A stretch of DNA of 64,000 nucleotides from an uncultured bacterium (GTDB lineage Bacteria; Bacillota_I; Bacilli_A; RF39; UBA660). The notes beneath the pieces are model-generated. The model saw nothing but the letters and a program-made list of their open reading frames with translations. It was not told the origin of the DNA and did not search any database. This document shows positions 40,439 through 52,926 of this stretch, piece by piece. How positions within the stretch are numbered: the stretch's first letter is position 1; the number at the start of each line of letters is the position of its first letter. A program made the translations under genes and the position numbers. The stretch covers positions 16,924 through 80,923 of the forward strand of contig CASDWO010000061.1 in assembly GCA_949284575.1 (NCBI GenBank), written 5' to 3'.

Positions 40439-41128
40439 CTATTGTAACTTATTAAGGAATTCCTGTAAAAAATCAAGTTTTAGAGATATTCCTCCTAAAA
40501 GGAAACCATCTATATTTTTAACTTGTTTTAATTCATCAATATTCTTTTCATTAGCACTACCACCGTATAGTATTTTCTTATTATACGTTTCTTTTAACAT
40601 AGTAGTTACTTTTTCAATATCTAGATTTGTTGGCACAATACCTGTACCTATTGCAAATATTGGTTCATAGGCGATAATAAAGTCTTTAGATTTATCTATA
40701 TCACTTAATAGATAGTCCATATCTTCTTTTATTTTATCTACATAAGTACCTCTTTCATGTTCTTCTTTAGTATCTCCTATACAAATAATAGGTATTAAGT
40801 CACTAGAAAAAGCTTGTTCTAGTTTCTTTTTACTAATACTAAGATCTTCATTCATCTTAGTAGATCTTTCACTATGATTAATTAAGGTGTATGTAGCACC
40901 TAATGATTTAATGGCTTTAGCAGTTATTTCTCCTGTATATGCTCCCATTTCTTTACTACTAACATCTTCTGAAGCAAAGGTTATATTTTTTTCTATTAAG
41001 GGTAAATAACAAGCAGTTGGGATTAAGATCATTTCATGATTATAAGTATTAAGATTTTTATAATCTTCTAAGTATTTTAGAATTTCATCTTTAGTAAAAT
41101 TACTTTTATGATTTAAGGCTACGATCAT
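40439..41128 (-). CDS. tpiA: triosephosphate isomerase (divergent; catalytic N, K, H, E conserved)
   Basis: ALNHKSN, INHSERS, AYEPIFAIGTG and YGGSA. Start at MIVALNHK with RBS GAAAGGTGG. The ORF-track extension would overlap the upstream gene. Confidence 0.85.
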   Translation of the reverse strand: MIVALNHKSNFTKDEILKYLEDYKNLNTYNHEMILIPTACYLPLIEKNITFASEDVSSKEMGAYTGEITAKAIKSLGATYTLINHSERSTKMNEDLSISKKKLEQAFSSDLIPIICIGDTKEEHERGTYVDKIKEDMDYLLSDIDKSKDFIIAYEPIFAIGTGIVPTNLDIEKVTTMLKETYNKKILYGGSANEKNIDELKQVKNIDGFLLGGISLKLDFLQEFLNKLQ

Positions 41129-42395
41129 TTTTTTTACCACCTTTCCATTTGGTTTTTATTTTTTCCACAAGTCTTGTTCCAAAAGATTGTTTTTTGTTAT
41201 GTTTAGTAATTGCGACATTATAAACATCTAAGACACTATCAGCGAAAGCAGGAAGAGAGTATTTTTTAATAGATTGAGCGGCTTTAGAAGTTAAATTTTC
41301 AAGTTCTAATTTATTAGAAGCTAGTTCTAAGACAATATTTAAGCATTCTTCTTGATTTTTAAAGATACGGCCATTAAAGTTATCTATAATAGCACTTTTA
41401 AAGGCATCATCATCTATACAAATAACAGGAAGTGATGCTGCTAAGGCTTCTATTACGGTTAGTCCTTGCGTTTCTGTTGTTGAAGCAGTTATAAAGGCAT
41501 TTGCAACATGGTAATAAGTAGGCATATCATTCCAAGCTACTTTACCAGTAAATTTAATTCTATCAGTAAGAGCCCTTCCCTTTACTTCTTTTTTATATTT
41601 ATCTTCATCAGGACCATAACCTACAATTAAAAGTTTAATATTTGGATTCTTAGATTTTTCTATTATATCAAAGAGAAATGGAACATTTTTCTCTTGAGCT
41701 AATCTTCCTACAAAAAGCATAACAAAATCTTTCTTTTTATAACCTAGTTCTCTTCTTAATTTTAAAACTTTTAATTTATCACTATTTTCTTTATAAAATC
41801 TAGAAGCATCTAATCCTGTAGGAACAATATATATATCTTTATCATAATGATATTCATCTCTAAATAAGTGATAAGTTTTAACAGTTGGAACAATAAAAGC
41901 ATCAGCAGTATTATCACAGTAGAATTTACTTAAGTATTCTACGGCTTTCTTACAGCCTAGATCAAAGAATTTAATATTTCTTGAGACATACCAAGTATAA
42001 TCTTTATACATAGTATGATAGGTATGAACTAAAGGAATATTATATTGTTTAGCGAAAAGACGGGCAAAGATACCCATACTTAGTTCTGTATGTGAGTGGA
42101 TAATATCTAAATCCCAGGATCTTATTCTATTTATTACTTTAAGAGGATAAAAACTTGACATTCGATAATCATATATACCTAGAGGTATTCCTGGAATGCG
42201 TAATATTTTTTGTTCTTCATCATAATTGTAGGTTTTAGCATCTTGACCAACGGTAATAACATAAACTGTATGGCCTTTTTCTTCTAATGCTTTTTTTAGA
42301 GTCTCAACGCTAGTTACAACTCCATTAACATTAGGTGAATAGGAGTCTGTAAACAAACCAATATTCATTCCATTTTTGTCTTTTATTTCAGGCAT
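41106..42395 (-). CDS. GT4-family glycosyltransferase (glycolipid/diglucosyl-diacylglycerol synthase-like) inserted between pgk and tpiA
   Basis: GT-B fold with an N-terminal IGLFTDSYSPNVNGV and a C-terminal EGLTVIEALA catalytic region. Confidence 0.75.
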   Translation of the reverse strand: MPEIKDKNGMNIGLFTDSYSPNVNGVVTSVETLKKALEEKGHTVYVITVGQDAKTYNYDEEQKILRIPGIPLGIYDYRMSSFYPLKVINRIRSWDLDIIHSHTELSMGIFARLFAKQYNIPLVHTYHTMYKDYTWYVSRNIKFFDLGCKKAVEYLSKFYCDNTADAFIVPTVKTYHLFRDEYHYDKDIYIVPTGLDASRFYKENSDKLKVLKLRRELGYKKKDFVMLFVGRLAQEKNVPFLFDIIEKSKNPNIKLLIVGYGPDEDKYKKEVKGRALTDRIKFTGKVAWNDMPTYYHVANAFITASTTETQGLTVIEALAASLPVICIDDDAFKSAIIDNFNGRIFKNQEECLNIVLELASNKLELENLTSKAAQSIKKYSLPAFADSVLDVYNVAITKHNKKQSFGTRLVEKIKTKWKGGKKNDRSLKS

Positions 42396-42419
42396 AAGAT
42401 CATCTCCTTTAATAATAGT

Positions 42420-43598
42420 TTATTTTTCTTCGATGTTTTTTAAACCTGGTAGTTCTTTTCCTTCTAAATATTCTAGAGTAGCGCCACCACCTGTTGAAAT
42501 ATGATATAGTTTATCAGTTACATTACAAGCAGAAGTTGCTGCTACTATATCGCCACCTCCAATTACAGTTTTAGCATTTATTTCAGTTAAGTAGGTTAAT
42601 ACTTCATTTGTACCTTTAACATAGTTTGTAAATTCATATACTCCTAAAGGTCCATTCCACATAACGGTTTTAGCACTTGCTAAATTATTTTTAAAGATAT
42701 TAACAGTATTAGGACCAATATCTAAGCCCATGTCGTCATTAGTTAGTTCTGTTATATCTTTAACTTTACCAGTAGTATCAAGATATTCGTTATTACAGAT
42801 AACATCTACAGGTAATATTATTTTATTTTCATTTTCTTTTAGAATCTTTTTACAAAATTCAACAGATTCTTCATCTAATAAAGATTTACCAATATTATAA
42901 CCTTCAGCTTTTAAAAAGGTAAAGGCCATACCACCACCTATTAGGATTTTATCGCATTTAGGAAGTAAATTTTCAATTAGTCCTATCTTATCACTAACTT
43001 TAGCACCTCCTAATATTATCATAAATGGTTTATCAGGATCAAAAAGATAAGATAAAGCACTTAATTCTTTTTCGACAAGAAGACCAACACAACTTGGTAA
43101 GTAGGTGCTGATACCAACATTTGAAGCATGAGCACGGTGAAGAGTACCAAAGGCATCATTAACAAAGATATCTCCTAAACTTGCCCAGTATTTAGCAAGT
43201 TCCATATCACAACCGCTTTCTTTTTTACCATTTAAATCTTCATAACGAGTATTTTGCATTAAGATAATATCGCCATCTTGCATATTAGAAATAGCATTTT
43301 CTAACTCTTCTCCTCTTGTAGAATTTATAAAAGTTACATTTCTATCTAGTAGTTCGCTAAGTCTAGTTGCAACAACACTAAGGTCATTCTTAGTTTTATC
43401 TTCTTCTGTTTTTACTCTACCTAAATGAGACATTAATATTATTTTAGCATTATGTTCTATAGAGTATTTAATAGTAGGTAAACTCTTTACTATTCTTGTA
43501 TCGTCAGTAATCTTTCCATCTTTTAATGGGACATTAAAATCACATCTAATTATTACTTTTTTATTATCAATATTTAAATCTTTAATTGTTTTTTTCAT
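42420..43598 (-). CDS. pgk: phosphoglycerate kinase
   Basis: PGK family. Start at MKKTIKDL (RBS AGGAGGATTAG). The ORF-track 16-aa extension is unlikely. Confidence 0.95.
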   Translation of the reverse strand: MKKTIKDLNIDNKKVIIRCDFNVPLKDGKITDDTRIVKSLPTIKYSIEHNAKIILMSHLGRVKTEEDKTKNDLSVVATRLSELLDRNVTFINSTRGEELENAISNMQDGDIILMQNTRYEDLNGKKESGCDMELAKYWASLGDIFVNDAFGTLHRAHASNVGISTYLPSCVGLLVEKELSALSYLFDPDKPFMIILGGAKVSDKIGLIENLLPKCDKILIGGGMAFTFLKAEGYNIGKSLLDEESVEFCKKILKENENKIILPVDVICNNEYLDTTGKVKDITELTNDDMGLDIGPNTVNIFKNNLASAKTVMWNGPLGVYEFTNYVKGTNEVLTYLTEINAKTVIGGGDIVAATSACNVTDKLYHISTGGGATLEYLEGKELPGLKNIEEK

Positions 43599-43666
43599 AT
43601 CTAATCCTCCTAATAATATTTTAGTATTTTTCTTATATTTTTTCAATATTTCTTATATTTATAACG

Positions 43667-43700
43667 ATATTGTAATGTCAAAAGAAAAAAGAGCTTAAGC
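43667..43700 (-). terminator. gap terminator (AAGAGCTTAAGCTCTT + T-run)
   Basis: seen in sequence between the gap stop and the pgk promoter region. Confidence 0.65.
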
Positions 43701-43702
43701 TC

Positions 43703-44707
43703 TTATAGGTTCGCAATGTATTTAGCAACTCTAATCATTTGAGCTGTATAACTCATTTCATTATCATACCATGCTACTACTTTAACTAGTTGTTCTCCAT
43801 CTACTTCACTAATTGATGTTAGTAAGCTATCAACTAGACTACCATAGTGCATTCCAATTGTATCACTTGAAACGATTGGATCGGCTGTATATCCTAGAGT
43901 TTCATTAGTATTAGATTTTAAAGCTTCGTTTATTTCTTCTACTGTGGTATTTTTATTTAGTTTTAAAACTAAATCAACAACTGAACCGGTAGTTACAGGT
44001 ACTCTCATAGCAGTTCCTTCCATTTTTCCTTCAAGGTTAGGTAAGACTTTACCGATAGCTGATGCTGCACCAGTTGATGCTGGAACGATATTAGCAGCAC
44101 TGGCTCTACCACGACGAGCATAGATTCCTTTTTTATGAGCAACGTCTAGTGTAGCTTGATCATTTGTATAAGCATGAACTGTAGTCATATAGCCTTGTTT
44201 AATACCAAAGGTATCATCTAATACTTTTAGAACAGGAGCTAGACAGTTAGTAGTACAACTAGCTGCTGATATTATTTTTTCACTTCCATCTAAGATGTTA
44301 TGATTTACATTATAGACAATAGTTTTAACATCTCCTTTAGCAGGAGCTGAGATTATTACTTTTTTAGCACCAGCATTAATATGAGCCATTGCTTTTTCAA
44401 CACTTGTAAATTTACCAGTACATTCTAATACAACATCAATATCTAAATCTTTCCAAGGTAAAAGATTAGGATCAGTTTCGGCATATACTTTAATCTTCTT
44501 ATCCCCTACTACAATATTATTACCTTCAAAAGATATTTCATTTTCTTTATATCTTCTATGAGATGTATCATATTTAAGTAGGTAAGCAAGTTGTTCTGCA
44601 TCTGTTAAATCATTAATAGCAACTACTTCCATTTCAGGATCTTCATCAAGCAGTCTAAAGGCAAGTCTTCCTATTCTTCCAAAACCATTAATTGCAACTT
44701 TTTTCAT
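43703..44707 (-). CDS. gap: glyceraldehyde-3-phosphate dehydrogenase (type I)
   Basis: NAD-binding NGFGRIGR and a catalytic ASCTTNC motif. Confidence 0.95.
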   Translation of the reverse strand: MKKVAINGFGRIGRLAFRLLDEDPEMEVVAINDLTDAEQLAYLLKYDTSHRRYKENEISFEGNNIVVGDKKIKVYAETDPNLLPWKDLDIDVVLECTGKFTSVEKAMAHINAGAKKVIISAPAKGDVKTIVYNVNHNILDGSEKIISAASCTTNCLAPVLKVLDDTFGIKQGYMTTVHAYTNDQATLDVAHKKGIYARRGRASAANIVPASTGAASAIGKVLPNLEGKMEGTAMRVPVTTGSVVDLVLKLNKNTTVEEINEALKSNTNETLGYTADPIVSSDTIGMHYGSLVDSLLTSISEVDGEQLVKVVAWYDNEMSYTAQMIRVAKYIANL

Positions 44708-44709
44708 TT

Positions 44710-44904
44710 TTATTCCTCCTCTTCTTCTGGAGATACAAAGATTGTATCTTCTTTTTTAATTACAGGGTTTGGCGAATCTTCACCGATTCCGTTATTATAA
44801 GCTAAAACCATTATGGCAATTAACACAATAACAAAGACGCCAATAAAGATTAACATTGTTGACATACCAAATCCTCTATTATTTAGTTTAGCCATAATCA
44901 TCAC
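44710..44904 (-). CDS. small single-TM protein with an acidic C-terminus, immediately upstream of gap
   Basis: ORF with the TM segment [20 protein letters not shown]. Occupies the position where cggR is often found. Confidence 0.35.
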   Translation of the reverse strand: MMIMAKLNNRGFGMSTMLIFIGVFVIVLIAIMVLAYNNGIGEDSPNPVIKKEDTIFVSPEEEEE

Positions 44905-44910
44905 CTCTTA

Positions 44911-45513
44911 TTAAATTATTTCTAAAGCGGCAAACTTATTTATGATTTCTTGATATATTTGATACCACGAATAGACTCTAATTACATTTTTACCAGTGCA
45001 ATCTTGATTATAAGGAGCATCAAATACCATTACAGGTATAATTTTAGATATTTCATTAACATTTTTAGCTTTATCTTCAATCATTAAATCTAACCCTATA
45101 CTTAGACATTTTTCTCTTTTATTGTTGCTATTTATAATTAATTCATCATACTCTATATTATTCTTATGAAGCCATGCTTTAACGTAATATGTCATCATAC
45201 CAGCATATTGATTAGTTAAATACTGATTATCTCTAGCTGATAGTATGATAATTTTATGACCAGCCTTACGCATTCGATGAATAACTTCACTAGCATAAGG
45301 TCGAGGCGGAATAGCAATTAAGAGATCAAAAATATATTGTCGCCAAAATTCAATGTTTTCTTCGCTAGATAAATAGAATTGTTCTTCCATATAATAACCT
45401 TTAGGATTAAATCCACGGTTAATATCTCTTTCAAAACAAAACTTTGAACCACAAGCGAAGTGCCATTCAGCGACGTCATTTAAGACTCCATCCAAATCAA
45501 CACCTATTCGCAT
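44911..45513 (-). CDS. HAD-superfamily 5'(3')-deoxyribonucleotidase-like phosphatase
   Basis: HAD motif I DLDGVL with start at MRIGVDLDGV. The ORF-track 13-aa extension is unlikely. Confidence 0.65.
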   Translation of the reverse strand: MRIGVDLDGVLNDVAEWHFACGSKFCFERDINRGFNPKGYYMEEQFYLSSEENIEFWRQYIFDLLIAIPPRPYASEVIHRMRKAGHKIIILSARDNQYLTNQYAGMMTYYVKAWLHKNNIEYDELIINSNNKREKCLSIGLDLMIEDKAKNVNEISKIIPVMVFDAPYNQDCTGKNVIRVYSWYQIYQEIINKFAALEII

Positions 45514-45585
45514 ATAACCAATCCCTTCCATTATTATTGTAGCAAAATACATAAAAAAAAGGAATAGTGTTTATAAAATTTGACA

Positions 45586-48500
45586 CTATTCCATAAATTC
45601 ATCTTCTAATTTTTCTAAAGGTTCTTCATCAATAAATTCATCTTCTAAAGTGTATGATATATCACGATATTTCTTAAGACCTGTTCCTGCTGGTATTAAT
45701 TTACCAATTAGAACATTTTCTTTTAGTCCTTCTAAGTGATCAACTTTTCCTCTAATTGAAGCATCTGTTAAGATTCTTGTTGTTTCTTGGAATGAAGCTG
45801 CCGATAAGAAGGAATCTGTTTCAAGAGAGGCTTTAGTAATACCAAGTAGTACTGGGCGACCTGTAGCAGGACGTTTACCACTGATGATTACTTCTTTATT
45901 ACCTTCTGTAAATTCTCTAAAGTTAACTAGAGAACCAGGTAAGAATTTAGTGTCTCCACCTTCAACAATTCTAATCTTAGATATCATACGACGTGCGATA
46001 ATTTCAATATGTTTATCAGCAATATCAACACCTTGAGAACGATATGTATTTTGTACTTCTTTCAAGATGTATTCTTGTGTTGTAATTGGATCTGTTACAT
46101 CAAGTAATTCTTTTGGTGAAATAGCCCCTTTTGTTAATTTATCACCACAAGAAACTGTATCACCTTTTTCTACACATAGCTTAGCACCATAGTTTGTGAT
46201 ATGTTCTTTAGTTTCTACTTTATTAGTAATACTAATCTTATATTTACCATGATCTTCAGCTATCTTAGTTATTTTTCCATCAATTTCAGCGATAGTAGCT
46301 TTACCTTTAGGGTTACGAGCTTCAAATAGTTCTTGAACACGTGGAAGACCTTGAGTAATATCTTCACCACCAGCAACACCACCTGTATGGAAAGTACGCA
46401 TGGTAAGTTGGGTACCTGGTTCACCGATTGATTGAGCAGCCATAACACCTACAGCTTCACCAATTTCAACAACATTACCTGTAGCAAGGTTTCGACCATA
46501 ACATTTACGGCATACACCTTTTTCGGTATTACAAGTTAGAATTGATCTAATTTCAACTTCTTCAATTCCTGCTGCTACTATTTTGTCAGCTTTAGCTTCA
46601 GTTATAAATTCGTCTTTATCAACAATTACTTCTTTAGTTTCAGGATTTATTACTTTCTTGCTAGCATAACGACCAACAATACGATCATATAGGCTTTCAA
46701 TAACAGCACCTGTTTTTTCATTAACAAAGGCTCTTGCTAAAACACCTTGTTCACTGCCACAATCATCTTCTTTAACGATAATATCTTGAGATACATCAAC
46801 AAGACGACGTGTTAAGTAACCTGAGTCTGCAGTTTTTAAAGCGGTATCAGCACTACCTTTACGAGCAGAGTGAGTTGATAAGAAGAATTCTGATACTGAT
46901 AGTCCTTCTTTAAAGTTTGAGATAACTGGTATTTCAATTGGATCACCATTTGGTTTTTGCATTAGTCCACGCATACCAGCAACTTGGGTAAACTGAGAAA
47001 TACTACCACGTGCTTTAGAGTGCATCATGATGAAGATTGGGTTATCTACTTGTTCTTTAGAGATATCTTCAAGTTCTGCTTGAACTTTATCTTTAACTCC
47101 ATACCAAGTTTCAATAACTTTCTCATGACGTTCTTCTTCAGTAATTAAACCACGTGTGTATTGTTTATTAATTTTATTAACTAAGGCTTGTCCTTCGTCA
47201 ATGTATTCTTGTTTATGTTCACTTGTGGCAACATCACTCATAGAAATAGTAATACCAGCGATAGTTGAGTAATAGAAACCTAAGTCTTTCATTTTATCAA
47301 GCATTTCTGATGTTTCTGTAGTTTTATAACGGTTAAATACTTGAGCAATTACTTTTTCAAGAGTACCTTTAGCGAAAGGTTTAACTAAAGGCATATTTTT
47401 AATAGCTTCTTTTAAGTCAGTACCTTTTTCTAAGAAATACTTGTTAGGAGTAATATTTTGAATATTATCATCAGTTGGTTCATTAATATATGGGAATGAA
47501 TCTGGTAAGATTTCATTAAATTTAATTTTACCTACTGTTGTAACTAAGTATTTACCTTTTTGAGAGGTAGTGAATATTTTATATTTAAAAGAATCTACTG
47601 GAATAACAATTCTTGTATGAAGAGTTATTTCACGTCTTTCATATGCCATTAAAGCTTCGTTAGCATTTTTGAAGACTCTTCCTTCTCCATCTTCACCTGC
47701 TTTTTCCATTGTTATATAGTAGTTACCTAAAACCATATCTTGAGCTGGAGTAACAATTGGTTTTCCATCAGATGGTTTTAAGATATTTCCTGAACCTAAC
47801 ATTAGCATTCTAGCTTCTGCTTGAGCTTCTTCTGATAGTGGTACATGGACAGCCATTTGGTCACCATCGAAGTCAGCATTAAAGGCAGGACAAACTAATG
47901 GATGTAGTCTTATCGCTTTACCACCTACTAGAATAGGTTCAAATGCTTGGATACCTAATCTATGTAGGGTTGGAGCTCTGTTTAGGAGAACTGGATGTTC
48001 TTTAATAACATCTTCTACAATATCCCAAACTACAGGATCTCTATTTTCAATTAAACGTTTAGCAGCTTTAATATTGTGAGCGATATCGCGTTCTACTAAG
48101 CCATTGATAACGTGTGGTTTAAATAATTCTAGAGCCATTTCTTTTGGAATACCACATTGATACATTTTAAGTGATGGTCCAACAACGATAACTGAACGTC
48201 CAGAATAGTCAACACGTTTACCAAGTAAGTTTTGACGAAAGCGCCCTTGTTTACCTTTTAACATGCTAGAAAGTGATTTCAAAGCACGATTTCCGGCACC
48301 TGTTACACTTCTACCACGACGTCCATTATCAAATAGGGCATCAACTGCTTCTTGTAACATACGTTTTTCATTTTGAATAATGATACCAGGAGCGCCTAAA
48401 TCAATAAGTTTTTTTAAACGATTATTACGGTTAATAACACGACGATATAAGTCATTTAAATCACTTGTGGCAAAACGTCCACCATCTAATTGAATCATAG

Positions 48501-49218
48501 GACGAAGATCAGGTGGTATTACAGGAATACAATCTAAAATCATCCATTCAGGTTTTTGATTAGAGCGATAGAAAGCATCTAAAACATCTAATCTTTTTAA
48601 GAGTCTTGTTCTCTTTTGACCTTGAGCATTTTCAAGTTCTTTATTAATGATATCTATATCATGTTTTAAATCTACTTTTTTAAGTAGTTCTTTAATTGCT
48701 TCAGCACCCATTCCTACTTTAAATCCGTTACCATATTTTTCATAATAAGCACGATATTCTTTTTCTGATAGGGTTTGTTTGTTTTCTAAAGGAGCATTAC
48801 CTTTATCAATTACAACATAACTAACAAAGTATAATACTTCTTCAAGATCTCTTGGGCTCATATCAAGTACAAGACCCATTCTTGAAGGGACTCCTTTAAA
48901 GAACCAGATATGAGAGACAGGACTAGCAAGTTCAATGTGTCCCATTCTCTCACGTCTTACTTTAGATTTGGTTACTTCAACACCACAACGATCGCAGACA
49001 ATATTTTTATAACGAACACGTTTATATTTTCCACAAGCACATTCGAAATCTTTCGTAGGTCCGAAAATCTTTTCACAGAATAAACCATCACGTTCTGGAC
49101 GAAGAGTTCGATAATTAATAGTTTCTGGTTTTTTTACTTCACCATAACTCCATTCACGAATTTTTTCAGGAGAAGCGATACCAATTCTAATGGCATCAAA
49201 TTTATTTACTTCTAACAT
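45586..49218 (-). CDS. rpoC: DNA-directed RNA polymerase beta' subunit
   Basis: NADFDGD catalytic motif and a zinc finger. 1210 aa. Confidence 0.97.
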   Translation of the reverse strand: MLEVNKFDAIRIGIASPEKIREWSYGEVKKPETINYRTLRPERDGLFCEKIFGPTKDFECACGKYKRVRYKNIVCDRCGVEVTKSKVRRERMGHIELASPVSHIWFFKGVPSRMGLVLDMSPRDLEEVLYFVSYVVIDKGNAPLENKQTLSEKEYRAYYEKYGNGFKVGMGAEAIKELLKKVDLKHDIDIINKELENAQGQKRTRLLKRLDVLDAFYRSNQKPEWMILDCIPVIPPDLRPMIQLDGGRFATSDLNDLYRRVINRNNRLKKLIDLGAPGIIIQNEKRMLQEAVDALFDNGRRGRSVTGAGNRALKSLSSMLKGKQGRFRQNLLGKRVDYSGRSVIVVGPSLKMYQCGIPKEMALELFKPHVINGLVERDIAHNIKAAKRLIENRDPVVWDIVEDVIKEHPVLLNRAPTLHRLGIQAFEPILVGGKAIRLHPLVCPAFNADFDGDQMAVHVPLSEEAQAEARMLMLGSGNILKPSDGKPIVTPAQDMVLGNYYITMEKAGEDGEGRVFKNANEALMAYERREITLHTRIVIPVDSFKYKIFTTSQKGKYLVTTVGKIKFNEILPDSFPYINEPTDDNIQNITPNKYFLEKGTDLKEAIKNMPLVKPFAKGTLEKVIAQVFNRYKTTETSEMLDKMKDLGFYYSTIAGITISMSDVATSEHKQEYIDEGQALVNKINKQYTRGLITEEERHEKVIETWYGVKDKVQAELEDISKEQVDNPIFIMMHSKARGSISQFTQVAGMRGLMQKPNGDPIEIPVISNFKEGLSVSEFFLSTHSARKGSADTALKTADSGYLTRRLVDVSQDIIVKEDDCGSEQGVLARAFVNEKTGAVIESLYDRIVGRYASKKVINPETKEVIVDKDEFITEAKADKIVAAGIEEVEIRSILTCNTEKGVCRKCYGRNLATGNVVEIGEAVGVMAAQSIGEPGTQLTMRTFHTGGVAGGEDITQGLPRVQELFEARNPKGKATIAEIDGKITKIAEDHGKYKISITNKVETKEHITNYGAKLCVEKGDTVSCGDKLTKGAISPKELLDVTDPITTQEYILKEVQNTYRSQGVDIADKHIEIIARRMISKIRIVEGGDTKFLPGSLVNFREFTEGNKEVIISGKRPATGRPVLLGITKASLETDSFLSAASFQETTRILTDASIRGKVDHLEGLKENVLIGKLIPAGTGLKKYRDISYTLEDEFIDEEPLEKLEDEFME

Positions 49219-52200
49219 TATTCATCATCTCCTTCAATTAAGTCTTCTTCCGTTGGTTCATCTTCTAAGAAGTCATCATCTAATAGATCATCTTCGTCTT
49301 CATAATCTTCACTATCTTCTTTAGCTTCTTCTTTTATTTCAGTTTCATCTAACACTGGAGTAATTGGAAGATCATCATCTATCATATCTTTACTATCTTC
49401 ATCATTTTCTTCAATTTGTTTTAAGCCTAAAGCTTCTCCATCTTCATTGATAATAGATATATCAAGACCTAAAGCTTGGAATTCTTTCATTAATACTCTA
49501 AATGATTCAGGAACTCCTGCTTGATTTAGTTCTTCACCTTTTACAATTGATTCATAAACTTTTACACGGCCAACAACATCGTCTGATTTAACTGTCATCA
49601 TTTCTTGAAGGGTATAAGCAGCTCCGTATGCATATAGAGCCCAAACTTCCATTTCTCCGAAACGTTGACCACCAAACTGAGCTTTACCTCCAAGTGGTTG
49701 TTGTGTTACTAATGAGTAAGGTCCTGTACTTCTAGCATGTAGTTTATCATCTACCATGTGGTGAAGTTTAATCATATACATGACACCAACAGAAATACGG
49801 TTATCAAATGGTTCTCCAGTACGTCCATCATAAAGGACTGTTTTTCCATCAGGATCCATTCCAGCTTCTGCCATGATCTCTTCAATATCTGAAATATGAG
49901 CACCATCGAAGACTGGAGTTGCGATATGTACGCCTAATTTTTTAGCAGCCATACCCATATGTAATTCTAGAATTTGTCCTAGGTTCATACGAGATGGAAC
50001 ACCTTGTGGGTTAAGCATAATATCTACAGGACGTCCATCTGGTAAGTAAGGCATATCTTCTTGAGGTAAGATTAGGGAAATAACACCTTTATTACCATGT
50101 CGACCTGACATTTTATCTCCAACTTGGATTTTACGTTTTTGAATGATATAAACTCTTATTACTTTAGAAACACCTGCTGGTAGTTCATCATTATCTTTAC
50201 GAGAATAAATCTTAATATCATGAACAATACCATCACCACCGTGAGGAACACGAAGGGAAGTATCTCTTACTTCACGAGTTTTTTCACCAAATATGGCATG
50301 TAATAGTTTTTCTTCACTAGATAACTCAGCCATTCCTTTTGGTGTTACTTTACCAACTAAGATATCTCCTTCTTTAACTTCAGTACCGATTGTTACGATA
50401 CCGTGTTCATCAAGGTTTTTCTTAGCTTCTTCACTAACATTTGGAATATCACGAGTAATTTCTTCTGGTCCTAGTTTAGTTTCACGACATTGCATTTCAT
50501 AGTCTTCTAGATGAAGTGATGTATATTTATCATCTTTAACTAGATTTTCATTTAATATTACAGCATCCTCATAGTTATAACCATTATATGTCATGAAAGC
50601 GACAACAACGTTTTTACCTAATGCAAGTTCTCCGTTATCACAACTATTACCATCAGCGATGATATCTCCCATTTTTACTTTATCACCAGCTCTTACGATT
50701 GGTCGTTGATGTGAACAAATACTTGAGTTTGCTAGTTCAAAGTTTGCTAAGTAATAGGTATCTTTTCCTTTAGCATTAGCGATAACGATTTTTTTAGCAT
50801 CAACATAGTCTACGATACCATCTGCTTTAGCGATAACGCATACTCCTGAATCTTTAGCAGCGACATGTTCAACACCTGTTCCAATGAATGGAGCTTCTGT
50901 TTTTAATAATGGCATGGCTTGACGTTGCATGTTAGCCCCCATCAAAGCACGTGTTGCATCGTCATGTTCTAGGAATGGGATACAACTTGTTGTTACTGAT
51001 ACAACTTGTTGAGGTGAGACATCAATATAGTCTACTTGTTCAGGTTTTGCAAGAATATTTTCATCACGGAATCTTGCTGCTACTTGTTTATCAATAATTA
51101 CATTGTTTTCATCAGTATTAACTGTTGACTCAGAAATAATATAGTCTTGTTCTTCATCGGCTGTAAAGTAAACTACTTCATCTGTTATCTTACAATCTAC
51201 TACTTTACGATATGGAGTCATAATAAAGCCATATTCATCTACTTTAGCATAACTTGCAAGTGAAGTTATAAGACCGATATTTTGTCCTTCAGGTGACTCG
51301 ATTGGACAGATTCTACCATAGTGTGATGCATTAACGTCACGCACTTCTACACCTGCTCTATCACGAGAAAGTCCTCCTGGTCCTAAAGCTGACAAACGAC
51401 GTTTATTAGTAAGTTCTGCGATAGGGTTAGTTTGATCCATGAATTGTGAAAGTTGAGATGAACCAAAGAACTCTTTCATAGCAGCAGTTACTGGTCTAAT
51501 ATTGATTAATGTCTTAGGAGTTACTTCTTCCATTTCTTGAGTAGTCATTCGCTCACGAATAACTCTTTCCATACGAGAAATACCAATTCTAAATTGATTT
51601 TGTAATAATTCTCCTACTTGTCTAATACGACGGTTACCTAAATGGTCAATTTCATCATAATTACCAACACCATGTAAAAGGTTTAAGTAATAAGATGTTG
51701 CAGCATATACATCTGATATTGTTAGACGTTTAGAGTCAATTGACTGATCATTACCAATAACAATTAATTTTTTCTTCTTATCATTTGGATCATAAATAGT
51801 TACTTTTTGTATTTTATTATAAGTATCTAATTCATCATTGATCTTAGCTTCAACAACACCATAGCCATTTGCAAAGATTTCTCTTAAATCCTCTAAAATA
51901 TCTTTAGTTACAACTGTTCCTTTAGCAAATTTAGTCTCTCCATCTACTACAATATCTTCAGCAAGTGTTTGATTTAAAAGACGATCTACAATATTTAATT
52001 TACGATTAAATTTATAACGACCTACTTTAGCAAGATCATATCTAAATTCATCAAAAAATCTTGTAATAATATGGTTTTTAGATGAATCTAATGTAGCAGG
52101 TTCTCCTGGTCTTAATTTTTCATAGATTTCAATTAAAGCTTCATCAAGATTCTTTGTAGCATCTTTAGCGATAGTATTTTTAAGGAAATCATCTTCTCCA

Positions 52201-52832
52201 AATAATTTTAAGATATCTTCATCACTAGATAAACCAAAAGCACGTAGTAATGTTGTTAATGTTACCTTTCTTGTTCTATCAATTCTTACATATAATACAT
52301 CTCTAGCATCTGCTTCAAACTCTAACCAAGTACCACGTGTAGGGATGATTTGGGAAGTGATAAGTTCACGTCCATTTTTATCAATCTCATGATTATAATA
52401 AACACTTGGCGAACGAACAAGTTGCGAAACAATAACACGTTCTGCTCCATTTATTATAAATGTTCCACTATCAGTCATAATTGGCATATCACCAAGGAAA
52501 ATCTCTTGTTCTTTAACCTCTCCTGTTTCACGGTTAAAAAGACGCACTTCTACCTTTAGTGGTGCTGCATAAGTAGTTTCTCTATCTTTACTAGCTTTGA
52601 TAGAATATCTTGGTTCTTCAAAATGATAATCACCGAACTCTAAAGATAGTGTACCTGAAAAGTTTTCTACAGGAAATAAGTCTTCAAAAACTTCCTTAAT
52701 TCCTGTTGTAACAAACCAGTCATAAGACTTTTTCTGGATTTCTAATAAATCCTTTAATTCATAAGTATTTCTAATTCTTGAATAATTTCTTCTTTTACGT
52801 TTTTTTCCATATTCTACAATTTTATATGACAC
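49218..52832 (-). CDS. rpoB: DNA-directed RNA polymerase beta subunit (acidic C-terminal tail)
   Basis: RpoB conserved regions. 1204 aa, with an Asp/Glu-rich C-terminus of about 80 aa. Confidence 0.97.
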   Translation of the reverse strand: MSYKIVEYGKKRKRRNYSRIRNTYELKDLLEIQKKSYDWFVTTGIKEVFEDLFPVENFSGTLSLEFGDYHFEEPRYSIKASKDRETTYAAPLKVEVRLFNRETGEVKEQEIFLGDMPIMTDSGTFIINGAERVIVSQLVRSPSVYYNHEIDKNGRELITSQIIPTRGTWLEFEADARDVLYVRIDRTRKVTLTTLLRAFGLSSDEDILKLFGEDDFLKNTIAKDATKNLDEALIEIYEKLRPGEPATLDSSKNHIITRFFDEFRYDLAKVGRYKFNRKLNIVDRLLNQTLAEDIVVDGETKFAKGTVVTKDILEDLREIFANGYGVVEAKINDELDTYNKIQKVTIYDPNDKKKKLIVIGNDQSIDSKRLTISDVYAATSYYLNLLHGVGNYDEIDHLGNRRIRQVGELLQNQFRIGISRMERVIRERMTTQEMEEVTPKTLINIRPVTAAMKEFFGSSQLSQFMDQTNPIAELTNKRRLSALGPGGLSRDRAGVEVRDVNASHYGRICPIESPEGQNIGLITSLASYAKVDEYGFIMTPYRKVVDCKITDEVVYFTADEEQDYIISESTVNTDENNVIIDKQVAARFRDENILAKPEQVDYIDVSPQQVVSVTTSCIPFLEHDDATRALMGANMQRQAMPLLKTEAPFIGTGVEHVAAKDSGVCVIAKADGIVDYVDAKKIVIANAKGKDTYYLANFELANSSICSHQRPIVRAGDKVKMGDIIADGNSCDNGELALGKNVVVAFMTYNGYNYEDAVILNENLVKDDKYTSLHLEDYEMQCRETKLGPEEITRDIPNVSEEAKKNLDEHGIVTIGTEVKEGDILVGKVTPKGMAELSSEEKLLHAIFGEKTREVRDTSLRVPHGGDGIVHDIKIYSRKDNDELPAGVSKVIRVYIIQKRKIQVGDKMSGRHGNKGVISLILPQEDMPYLPDGRPVDIMLNPQGVPSRMNLGQILELHMGMAAKKLGVHIATPVFDGAHISDIEEIMAEAGMDPDGKTVLYDGRTGEPFDNRISVGVMYMIKLHHMVDDKLHARSTGPYSLVTQQPLGGKAQFGGQRFGEMEVWALYAYGAAYTLQEMMTVKSDDVVGRVKVYESIVKGEELNQAGVPESFRVLMKEFQALGLDISIINEDGEALGLKQIEENDEDSKDMIDDDLPITPVLDETEIKEEAKEDSEDYEDEDDLLDDDFLEDEPTEEDLIEGDDE

Positions 52833-52926
52833 TCAAATTCACCCCTATACCATAGATTTAACTTATTTATGTTATTAAAAATAACATATTGCCAATTTAT
52901 ATTATTAGCATAACTTTATCAACAAG

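Noticed and set aside
43599-43646. ORF-track N-terminal extensions to pgk (MKKYKKNTKILLGGLD), the HAD phosphatase, ldcA, the flippase, tpiA, rpmC, rplD, rplK and uvrB.
   Set aside because: In each case an internal ATG or GTG has a proper SD at correct spacing and matches the conserved protein N-terminus. The upstream extensions lack RBSs or would overlap neighbouring genes.
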